A stretch of 64,000 nucleotides of DNA, taken from Balanoglossus misakiensis. Taxonomy: Eukaryota > Animalia > Hemichordata. Location of the stretch: assembly GCA_040954595.2 (NCBI GenBank), contig CM082576.2:14077129-14141128 (forward strand), written 5' to 3'. How positions within the stretch are numbered: position 1 is the stretch's first letter; the number at the start of each line of letters is the position of its first letter. Below are positions 27,163 through 38,623 of the stretch, one piece after another. The notes beneath the pieces were generated by a model. That model ran no database searches. It saw only the letters and a program-made list of their open reading frames with translations, and was not told the DNA's origin. The position numbers and the translations under genes were made by a program.

Positions 27163-29143
27163 TTTGCAGCGCTCTGTGTGTGTACATTATAAACCCACTG
27201 AGAGGAATGTTGTTTGTGTTGACCCTAACATCTAATACCCCCTTTCCACTCAAAAGGCGGCCCCCGTCATCTTTTCTCTAATTTGTTGTAGAGTGCAGGT
27301 ACACTCAAAGTGACGGCCTGATTTTGGCACGGCTGACCTTGGTGGTGGTTGTGGTGCGTGTGTGTGTGTGTGGGGGGGGGGGTGTATTCTATACACTGAA
27401 GACAATGCTACCAGTACCACATGAAACTATTTTCTATTTAGCACAAGGTAGCCTGAATACACGTCAGTGTTTGCTCATGACCAGTGTAAACTCACAATCC
27501 AATCGTGTCACCTTTGCAACCAGCAAAGTTGAAAGCATTCAGACTAAGTGAATACATACAGCTTTAACTCATAATACACATAGCATGAACTCGCACTCAA
27601 CTTAAACTGTACGTCAACAGTCATGAATACAACACACAGACATTTACACGGAAAACACGACAAATATACAAACACAAGGCTGCTTTGGGAAGATATGCAA
27701 CTGTACTGAAACCTGGTTGTCTTTTTGTAAGCATGGAAGTGAAGAATTGAACGTCACCAGGCAAACAATGATTATTCTGTCTCCTCTACTTGCACCTACA
27801 TATGAAATGGTATTATGTCATAATCCTCTATCTTGAAACCAACTTTTGATCCATTCCTCGCACATATCACTCAACTGCCAAATTCCAACCATAAAGGTAA
27901 ACTTTAAAGTGGGTCAAATTGGTAGGAAGTTTCTCAGTCAACTCATGCTATCAAGATCACATCAATAGCTGGGTCCAGGCCACTTCCTACTCATAATTAC
28001 AAACAAAAGACACTTGCTGGTAGGTGTCCTTATAGAAGAACCTCCTTTGATTGTTGCCATAGCTATCTACTCAGTGAACATTTCCAAGCTGGTTGGGTAG
28101 TTCGGAATATACACACTGTGATCATGAATAGCTGGCAATTTACTCACAGAATTTAAATACCATCATATTTCAAAACTCCAGGGGTACCATTTATATCTGC
28201 TTCATTTTTTTCCAGGAATCCATTCAAATCTGTGAAATGCCTGAGGTCGTGTGATAATGGCTGTTTGAAGTAACCAATTACTGAAAGTAAACCACGTTCA
28301 GCTTCCTGACTCTGGGTTATTGTCCATTTTATCACAATTCACGGTAAATTCACTGAAAGGCTCGGAAGATGTTTTTCGTTTCTTATTGAAGAAGAAAAAA
28401 AGATTAATGGAGTGATAATAATCATCAACATCACAAAAATGAGTATATCTAATGGATGGGCCCTCTAATGGCACTCAGAGTTTCGGGTTTTAGAAATTAT
28501 AGCTAGTTTTATCTCTTTCATCTCTTTCAAGAAATCAAGATGGTGTAGCCATAAGAATCGACTTCATCACGAAAGTATTCTTTCTATCACTCAACGGGAA
28601 TCACAAAGAACATTTAAAATGTGACATTAGCTATGTGAGCTAAGAGATATGCCAGGAACAGGATTCACCTTTTTGCAGAATGCTATCGAAGTCTGTATCT
28701 TTTGGTGTGTTTTTTTCGAGAGGACCGTCAAATTTTAACATTATCATGAATGTCCTAAATATTGAAGATTATATATTGGACGACTCATTAGGAAACCATG
28801 ATTGGCACCAATTTATGTATTTTTCAGGTCACTTCATTCTGTTATTGTAGGTTGGTCACAGCTGGATTTTTGCAACATGACTTCATACACATTCTTTTAT
28901 GCCTGACCGACAGCTATTGTTTTGTGTTTGCTAAACATTCGAACCATGAACACAAGCTGTTTGCTGGGGGAAAAATCCTACTTGGTTTTAATTAATTTGG
29001 TTGCCATACGCTGTGGTTATGACCAAAGGCAGCAGGACATTGCATCTCTTCCCAAGCATTTTAGTGTGGTCACAGACAGAGATAAACATATAGGATATGG
29101 TGCAAAAGTAAACTTGTGCAGAGATCAGTAACTTGACACCTAC

Positions 29144-29867
29144 CTATGTTACAAATGTCTCCTTCGTATCCAGTACCAGAACAGTCGCACGTCGAACCGA
29201 AATCGCTACTAATGCAAAGTCCATCGTTCAGGCATTTGTTGTTGCGTGAACACTCGTCGAACTGGTCTTCCGCCGTGCCGTCTTCGGACAGCAGTTTGGG
29301 GTTCCTCCCCCGCCCTCCGCCTAATCCGTATTTGATGTTCCGGATGTAACCCTCGAAGCGCGTGTCGAACATGACCGAGGGCAGGGCCAGGTCGGTGAGC
29401 CTGGTCCTCCTGGCGATGCCCCCGAAGAACAGGTTGCTCTTGCAGGTCAGCGTCGTCTCCAGGTCGTCCTTGGCGGCGCCCGTCTTCCGGGCGCCGTCCA
29501 CGATCAGCGTCGTCTGCTGGAACGCCCGCGACACTTCCACCGCGTGCCAGCCGCCGTCGTTCACGTCGTCGCCCAGCATCACGGTGGCGGCCGTGTCGCC
29601 GATGCGGAAGCGCAGCCGCACGTGGCCCTCGGTGACCTTGACCTCCAGGAAGTCGTACTCCCCGCCGTCGTCCGCGTACGCCAGCAGGCCCTCCTTCTCG
29701 ACGGTCTTGAACTCGAAGCCCAGGGTCCCGTTCATGGAGCCGTCCCACGTCTCGTACTCGGCGTAGCAGGACGACGATCCCGTGAACTGCAACCCTGAAG
29801 AAATACTGACGAAGCAGAAGAAAAGCACAGCAGCGACAACAACGACTGCTAATCCGACTCGCGTCAT
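29144..29867 (-). CDS. NRXN: Alpha-neurexin first coding exon: signal peptide, LNS1, EGF1
   Basis: ATG at 29867; hydrophobic signal MTRVGLAVVVVAAVLFFCFVSISSG; LamG motifs FEFKT..GLLAYADDGGEYDFLE, VNDGGWHAV, FFGGI, FEGYIRN; EGF CSRNNKCLNDGLC...CDCSGTGYEGDIC; donor ATAG|gtaggt, phase 1. The SP-LNS-EGF-LNS order is that of alpha-neurexins. Confidence 0.96.
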
Positions 29868-29959
29868 CTTGGTACCGTACACCTCATACAATCCCTGAAC
29901 AAAAAAGAAATACGGAATCCCCCTTTTTTTTGCACAAGAAGTGTGCAAAGTACACTCAC

Positions 29960-30183
29960 TCCAAGGGTGAGGTCAACGATGACTTGAAGACAGCTCCGTG
30001 AGTTGCGGCAGTTTTTAAACAAAGTCTCTCGCAGTACTTCTCCTGGACACTTCAAAATTCCACACAACGGTGCCCTATTTTTTCGAACAAATGAGCACCC
30101 ACACTTCAAAACACAAAACACCCTTCAGTGCAATAGCTTCAAGTCATACTTCTGTAACCATGGACTCTTCCGCTCTTTATAAT
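29960..30183 (-). other. Probable neurexin 5' UTR exon, followed by a possible 65-nt intron (29895-29959)
   Basis: Acceptor ttaactagatttttctcttttccccgatgcag|ATT at 30183; donor GGA|gtgagt at 29960; next acceptor tttcttttttgttcag|GG at 29894. Confidence 0.55.
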
Positions 30184-32049
30184 CTGCATCGGGGAAAAGA
30201 GAAAAATCTAGTTAATCGCTGACACCATAATTTGCATAATTGTGTCTATGCATTTCCCTTGTACATTTCGATAATGAAATTACACAACATAAACAGACAG
30301 GAAATGACTCATTGAGTAAAGCAGAAGAAAACGTGTTAATTAATACATATGGCCAAAAGTTGCATTACACTGACTAAATATAATAATACGTCATGTGCAA
30401 TATAAGTTCTTGCAAATCAATAATCATCATACAGATTGAGAAATGTATGTCACAAGTTAACCAATACTTTTGATGACAAAAACTGAAAGACATTAAATTC
30501 TGCTTTGGTCAAGACATTTTCTACCGGGACTTTTCATACATACATGTGCACACATACATGTACATATGTAACAATACTGAACTGCATAAGGCAAAGAAGT
30601 TATCAATCGTGCTATGAAAGAATATTACCACTCTGTGAACCACAGCCACATCATTGAATTCGTTCACTTGGTACTCGACCGATCACCAGATGACTTGGTC
30701 AAAATTCATTAGCCCGCCTCCAGTTTTTCACAATGTCTGAAAGACGTTTCGCAATACCACAGCTGATTGTTAATACTAGGGCTAAGTACACTTGAAGAGG
30801 TCTATCCTACTTCCCCTTTGTCATTATTCAAAGTGCATATGACTCATAAGTCCGAATAAGCACCTTGATTTCAGCCATACAGAATGTGAGTGGGCAGTTC
30901 AGTGCCATTGAAATTCCACGCACTGGCACTTCTGATTGTATCCAAGGGAAATACCCCAGTCCCTTCATATCAATCACGTCGGTTTTTGAATCTTGGTCAG
31001 AAAATACACATTTATATGCCAGAACAAGTTTGAACAACTGCAAGATTATTTTTGGTACGTGTACATGTACTGGTGTTTAAAAAATCAATTTGCATACAAA
31101 ATGTGAAGTGGCCATGATATTGCCAAAGCAACCCTGATTACCGTAAGAATTTTCATTTTTCCAATACTAACACCAGGAAGTATAGAAATTCTACACTAAC
31201 TGGTTTATGAAACTGAAAGGTTTTGAGAAGAAATTAATTATTCTACCCAATAACAACAAAGTTCTAGAGACAGAACACTTTTTTATAGAGCAATTAGAGA
31301 AAAATGTCTTCACCATCAGGAATAAAATGTGCAAGTCTACTTGCCTTTTTGCTTTATGCTAAGACTTTCAAATTTTCTGTTTTGATGACATATCATGAAC
31401 ACTTCCTATGTTTATATGATTCAGACTTTGCAGTTCAAAGAAGTAATAAAATATATCTGACATTGCTCCGGATAAAACCATTTACAGTAGACACATAACT
31501 TTTTCTTTTACATAACATAAAATTTTAAGAATACTGGTTTATCACCAGATTTTAATAATGCAGTGAATTTTAATAATTCAGTCATATATGAATTCTGTTT
31601 ATGTGACCTGGGGATTATGGCGTATTTCAAATATATACTCATTCAAACAGTTTTCATTTATTGTCTCAGTGAGACATCCCACACACATTTCAATTTGTGT
31701 TATTTCATAGCTGGGAGGCATACGAAAGTACATGATTATTAACAAATATGCTGGCTGACTGTCGTGGCATTGATGGGCTTGGCGATAAAATGTGGGAAAG
31801 GGGGCCATGGTTCTTTACCATTATTACTAGTAACTTTTAGTTAGATGCAATTTACACATTGGAGGGGGGGGGGTGACGGGCACCCATGTGCCTCCCCTAT
31901 AGAATTGCATACAACAGGGGTGCCGTTCGTTTATAGATTGTGAACTGACCCTGTACAGTTTTTGTGAAGGGCTTCATTCCCTACAAACACAACACTGTCC
32001 CAGGGGGTAAATTCTTCACGTTATCCATCCAAGAAGAGAGAGAGAGAGA

Positions 32050-33800
32050 GGGGGGGGTGGGGGGTGGGAGTCACTTTCTGTCGTAGACACACAACCGTTT
32101 CATCTCTCGCATCGCGGAGTGAATGGGAGACGCAATTTTCTACTTCTAAAACTTCAATTTCCTATGCTGTTTGCAAATGTTGTCACGGCGTTTTGCTCGG
32201 GCGGTAATGAACTAATTCCTGGCTGTGTACTTTCGATAAAATGCGTTGTGTTCGCTCCGAAATGACAGTAGCGGAAACGATCTCAGCAATAGCTACCGTT
32301 TTTTTTCTACTTCTTGCTGAGCATGAAATGGACACCAGCTGTGGGAGGCCACAAAACTGATATTAATGTTACACAATATTAGAAACAAAACGCGCAAAAT
32401 AATCTATCGGAAGTGCGCTTCGCTTGTAAGCATCGCGGAGTTACCATCACAATGCCCCCGTCGTGTAAACTCCCGCGAAACTGCAGGGAGACGAGTAAAG
32501 CAGTCTTGTCAGTCAGAGAGGGCCCCGGCGTCCCTGATCAGTTTTTCATTACCGATCGCGGATAGAAACTATGAGTTTTCCATAGATGAAGACATTTTCT
32601 ATCCGATGCAGGCAAGCTAGAACAATCAGAAAGGTTGCATAAATGAAACGACTGGAGCCGAACAAGCTCAGCTGAGCTTTATGCTTTCATTGTATGGAAA
32701 TACAACCGCTGCCATTTGTACACTGGATGACTGGACGAAGCATCCGATCGAAGCTTTTTTTCCAGATATATTTACCTTCTTGCTGCGGATATGGTTGAAA
32801 TTCTGACCGGGGTAGTCCCTCTTGGTCTCCGTGGGGAGATGCTGGCTCACCCCTTGCTAAAAAAACGGCAGATAATCCAGGTTTTGGCGTAGGCAACTCA
32901 CAAACTATATGTGCCCAGCTCGACTGAGTTTGATGGCGAAACTCGACTGCACTCAACTATCGGATAATAAGATTGTCAATCAAAGGTACCGATCCGACGC
33001 AAATCGATGGAATAAATTAGCATAATAAAAGTAGGCGGGGTTGCAAATACCTTTCGTGGAACGCACTAAGATGTGCTAAGGGGGTTTCGATTTTGTGTGC
33101 ACAGATAAAAAGCATACAGGGAATAAATGAATTGGGCCAAACCTGCAATTATTCGCAGAATTACGCCAATAAAGAAGATAAATATCGGAAATTAACATCG
33201 AAATCGTCCCCAATGGAAATCGGTTACAAACAGTTTATCAAAGTCACCACAAATCCTTGCACCACCTTCATTGAAAAAATAATAGAATCGGCCAAGTTTG
33301 ACCTAATAACCCGGAATGCACAATCAGCTGGTTCTCACAGGAGAGGGAGAAGAGTGTGAACTTGTTGCACGTAACTTGATCGTGCTTTAATCAGGTAGCC
33401 CTCAATGAAGTTAAACTAATTATCATGTAAGGAACAATAGAAGAAGAGCACTTAGCTATTCCTCACATCTTTTGTAACGAAATTGTAGGCGTGAAGGAAC
33501 ACCTTCACGATTTCTGTGAACGACCGAACTCTGCGTCTTACGAACAATGGCGTACATTATCATGACTATGCGAGTCGTCTATGTGATCTCCGGTTGTTGG
33601 GAGGTGCACAGGCGCGTCTAGACTCCGTCATTCGTCAATGCAATTCACTTGAAGTTCAATCACGCACGTACACTCGCAAATCGATGAAATGAAATATAAA
33701 CTCTCTCCGGCGAAACAGTACTGAAAAATAGTTGTTGTTGATTGGTGTCTGTACGTTTCATAAATATTGCGCGTGTGGCGCTGATGGCGCACGCATTGTC
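32050..33800 (-). promoter_or_regulatory. CpG-enriched putative neurexin promoter / non-coding first exon region
   Basis: Visibly more CpG than flanks and an abrupt switch to AT-rich DNA after ~33800; minus-strand donor-like sites near 32850 (G|gtgagc) and 33541 (C|gtaaga); Inr-like TCAGT at 33720-33724. TSS not determinable. Confidence 0.35.
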
Positions 33801-35892
33801 AACCTTTGTTTACAACACGAACTGTATGTATCTTTCAACAGTGATAAAAAGAAACATTTAGTGTTAGTGTTTCGAAAACATGTTTTCGTGAACATTTCAA
33901 GGTGTATTTTGGTAGACTTGAATCTGGAATGCATTTAAAGGCTACCTTGTTTTGGGTTCTTCTTAATTTGTACAATGTTTAAAATATTTATTTTATCACA
34001 AATTAGATTATCATATCTCAACAATGGATTGATCATGTGACAGTTTGCATGTGCAAAGAATAATGCATGCATGATTGATTGATTTGTTCGATTAAGAAAA
34101 TTTCCACGGAAATGGGAATAAAATTGTTGAAGTACAATATTTTATATCAACACACCTGCCATGAATTACAGGCGTGAATATATACTAATAGGACACCCCG
34201 CTTGTCAATTGTTCTGAAATAATATTTGCAATGATCAACTTTTAGAGTTTTTTCTTTATTTTTATAATTTGGCAATATTGCAGGATACTCAACTTGCTAA
34301 ACTTTTATGTTTCACCCATCGTCATATACAACTTGGATAGACTGAACTGTTAAAAGCATAAACATACTATACGGATGACAATGACTACTCCAGTGTAATT
34401 GTAATCTATGTGAACCAGACTTTCTTTGTACTTATTTGAATGATACTGCTTTGAGATAATAAGAGGAAGAGTTTGTGTAAATCAAGTACACATTATAAAT
34501 ATTTCAACACGGTTTTAGCTGTGTTTATGTTAAAGCTAAACACACAGACTCGGTTGACAGAAGTCAAATCCCATGAGTATTGATCCTATATTTCATTTGT
34601 CTGGCCAGCTATGAATTGAATACTGATAAATTATGTAAATTGGAAACACTAGTAAGACTATTTAATGGTGCATTGCCGTGAGATATTGACTCTATATTAT
34701 CGATTGGTTTTCGACGGATTGAGTTGAATGAATGAATGAATTTACAGCTACGGTGCTGATGGAAAGCTGCTTACCCCATTATTGAACATGCAACCATGGG
34801 TCTAGCATCTAACACGTGCAGATGCATCACTGGCTGTAAATGAATGAGATAGTAATTCTGATCTGCGTCTCTTGATAAAACCCATGATTAAAGTGTTAAT
34901 GGGGAGTTTTTTCATCAAATTACAGTATGCTTTAATGATCACGGGTGGAGAATTAGAGATTTTACCCTTGATGAAAGGGCAGAACCATTTTGATATTGCA
35001 GGGGGAAAGGGAGGGAGCCCCCAGCAAGTGGTACCTTCCATCATGGTAGAACTTCTTTCTGATTGTTTGTAGCTGCTACTAAATTTTCACAAATCTCATA
35101 ATGTCATATGTTTACTCTCTCTCTCTCTGTATTCCACATGTTGTTTTCCCTGGCCGATGGCTTAATTATTTTCCAATACTGCTCCAACCCCCCTCCTCAA
35201 ATCGCTGGTCTTCCCTCACAATTAGTAATAGTTGGAAAGCTGGCGGCAACTCCATGAAGTAGGAGCGGTTGAAAGAGAGAAAAAACGCCACACTATAATA
35301 ACTTCCTCTGTCTTAATGCATGTACAAGTCAGAACCATACTTTGGGATATCAGAAATTTTCATTGCAGACAACAAAAGTAAAAGTATAAGTATTTGTAGT
35401 GATATCTTAGATTTTCCAGTGAAATACATTTTTCCTACCCATCATGTACAACCATATTTTTGCACAGTCATCTTTTAATTTATATACATCTCTATTATTT
35501 CTAAAAATAAACAGTATATAGCCATCTTAAAAATTAATTCATTATTTTTGACTCAAAAACATACGTCTGGTTCTTTTTATTAATCTCTGCTGCAAATTGA
35601 TGCCCCAAGCAAAGCTCCAGAACATAGCCTGCATTATTAAGCTTTGCACACGGAAATTAGTCATTTCTCGGGACTTGGACTTTTCCATGCAATCAGTCAG
35701 TCAGTCAGTCAGTCAGTCAATATTTAAAAGCAAAGAATATTTGGTTGTTATGACGCACTACCTGCCATCCCAAATGATGTTCAGAACCTCTCTTTGTCAA
35801 AAGTACAGAAATTAAAAAAAAAAAGAACTTAATCACCATTTGTATAGTTTGAATAATTTCATCACTTTCATTTTTGAGAACAAGTCAGTATT

Positions 35893-37112
35893 TACTACAG
35901 AATTCTTTTTACTAGCAACGAATGCCAAACTAGCAACACCGGCTTTCTTTGAGGGGGCCACCGGCTTTCTTTGAGGGGGCCCGACACGTTATCTCTAAAA
36001 TTGTAACAACGTCACAATTTAGTAGACAAAGAGGCGCCCCCATCCCTATTGCGCAGTTACGCTGCTCTACGAAGCTCGTAGTAACCTTCTTACCGGGCCA
36101 TTTGTACTTGAACGGACTGGGTTCCTCCCACTTCAGGTCGGTAGATTCCTGTGAAGCAGAGACGTGAATTTTGCCGTTCCGTCTGTTGAACTTTTTTTAG
36201 AGATTGAGATGAGAATTAGCAGTGTAGGATAGAGACGACGTACCAAACTCCCGTGTTGTATTCTGAATTTTTGTTGAAATAAATACGACGGAAGAGTTTG
36301 AACGGCATTGCTGTGTGGACTGATAGTTTTGTGGCAAATTCGGGCGTGCGAGGCCGCCGCTAACCTTGCCGCGATCACCCGGCCGCTTGAGAACTTTCTC
36401 GACCTACGCATGAACTTGTTGTTTGTGGCAGCAATCGTGACATGTTACGTTGTTTGAAAAAAAACGTTGACGCGTCAATGCGCCCAGTGGCGGACGCCAC
36501 ATGAATTTTTTTCAGATCTGGCTTTTTCAACGTGTTTGTTTGGCGTTCATAATTTAGTATATATCCATGTTCTTGATCCACTATTTCCCATTCCAAAAAC
36601 CCCAACGTTATAAACGTGTACACTTTGACTAGAAAAGGCCTCAGACACCTTCATATGCTGTCCGGCAGCCGGGGTGGGATATCCGACTGCGGTGCAGCTC
36701 AAAGTGGCGTGGAGCTGGTCATGTTGGGAACAGTGCAGCCGGCCGGTGGATCGACGTCCCACACTTTCATACCCGCCGGCGTGCGGCAATCGGCAAGAAC
36801 CCATCGGGAGGAACCCAGTCCGTTCAAGCGCAAATGTCCCGGTCAGAAGGTAACTACGAGCTTCGTAGAGCAGCGTTCGACACGCTAAACAACTCTCGTC
36901 GTCCGTGTTCAAGTCAGTCTCCAACTCTTTCTGTTCACGTCTCTCTCTCTCAACACGCACGTACTTCAACTGCGCAATTGGTATGGGGGGACGCCTCTTT
37001 GTCTAGTACATTGTGACGTTGTTACAATTTTAGAGATAACGCGTTGCTGGCATGAAAGAAATACGATGTTGCCAGTTTGCCGTTTGGTGCTGGTAAAAAG
37101 AATTCCGTGGTA
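35893..37112. mobile_element. 1.2-kb non-autonomous DNA element with ~240-bp imperfect terminal inverted repeats
   Basis: Left arm 35893-~36130 matches the reverse complement of ~36807-37112 (gaattctttttac, cgttatctctaaaattgtaacaacgtcacaat, acgctgctctacgaagctcgtag, ttgaacggactgggttcctccc); GC/CpG-rich interior; no transposase ORF. Confidence 0.88.
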
Positions 37113-38576
37113 TTTTAGGACACAAAATAGACAAGGCCATATATTGGTTATGTGCGTCTCTCGAAGTTTTGACATGAACAAAAGGTATATGGTTCAAAAT
37201 ACAGTTTGCAGGACCAGTGAAAACAAATATTGATTCTGTATAATTATGGGATGGACTCGATATGACTACCATCTGTCAGTAGGTTTCACACCTGATTCCG
37301 ATATTATAATTATTTTAGTAGACAGAGAAAAAGGTCATTTTTCATAATAGCACATATATATACCCAAGAGCTATTTGTTCAATTCGCTTTCCACCTCAGG
37401 AGAATTAATCTCTTTAATGGGGCGAAATAAATATCAAAATGTGCAGTTTTCACAATAGTGTGAACTACTTGTAGTTTTTAAATTAAATGTGCCAGTTTTT
37501 CTAGTTTTTATTTTAAAAAATTATGCTTTCTAAGAATTTTAACTATATGTGGTGGTAAAAAAAATTGCAATTTACAGACCAAGCTCTGGATTGCTGACAG
37601 ACGGGCACTGGCTGACGTGTTGAAGGCTCTCTGAGTAACTTCATCAGTCGTATTATTCACACATGTATAATTTATCTAGGACCTGGGCAATTGGTTAATC
37701 CAATCTGACGCAGTGATGGTTAGATTTGATCCCTGAGAATGCACTGTCGTATTTGAAGTTGGTGTCTGACTGACAGGGCCAGCACCATCAATAAAAGCTT
37801 TAATCTCTCAGTGTACCAACAGTGAGAGCTAAGCTCCAACTGGGACTATACGGGTGGCTGTTGCATTCACACCAAAACTTATGACTGACTCAAATTTTAG
37901 GCTAGAACTAAACATACCCCTCCCCTTCATACCCAGACCAACTTTTGTCCCCATCAACATTGATTATTTTGAGCTATGTACCTATTCAGGGCCAACACAA
38001 ACTGACCAGGCGGAACCCCACTAGTATCTCGAACAGATATTTGCAGAATGGTGTCAAGACTAATTTCTAATTATTTACTCAACTAACTTAATACACGAGT
38101 GTATCTTCCATTATTTATTCTTTTTGCGATGACAGAATTATATACAATTATTGTACTGTTGATAATGGAAGAATTAGTCTGGGCTTTATCTGACATTGGA
38201 TAACATTAAGTAATTCATGTTTGGATTCTGTATTGTGTAAATATCGTTCCGAGCATTGGCACTTTGCAAGATAATGGATGTTGTGAATTTAATTTCATTC
38301 CAGGTAATAATTTGTCTTTCTTCATAGGTAGAGCAAATACAATATACTAGATTGATCCCTGGTAATTGCGTTAGCTATTCTGGATCCAAGAGAGCAATTT
38401 TGTTTTGTCAGTTTTTTGTCATTTTCTTTGAAAATACGTACCACCTTGAAAGGTCAGATGCAGACTGATTGAACATTGTGGCTGGATGATCGATGCATTA
38501 TCAATTCGGCTCTCGGTATCTACGTTCCAAATTCCAATGACTAGACACAAGAATTTTTTTCAGTCTACTGCAGCAT

Positions 38577-38623
38577 GTGTGTGTGAGTCTATCTAAAATA
38601 CACTTGGTATGGTGACCAGGCTA
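38577..38623. mobile_element. Solo terminal half of the TAGCCTGG MITE family
   Basis: gtctatctaaaatacacttggtatggtgaccaggcta is nearly identical to the right end of 10607-10727. Confidence 0.85.

Noticed and set aside
29146-29798. Overlapping and antisense ORFs over the neurexin first coding exon
   Set aside because: Shadow frames caused by very high GC3; no recognisable protein features.
29868-29948. N-terminal extension of the 292-aa ORF
   Set aside because: Non-ATG start lying across a pyrimidine tract and acceptor; the signal peptide begins at ATG 29867.
37600-37870. Slightly GC-richer patch resembling a decayed SINE or tRNA-derived sequence
   Set aside because: No clear A/B boxes, cloverleaf or second copy in the window.
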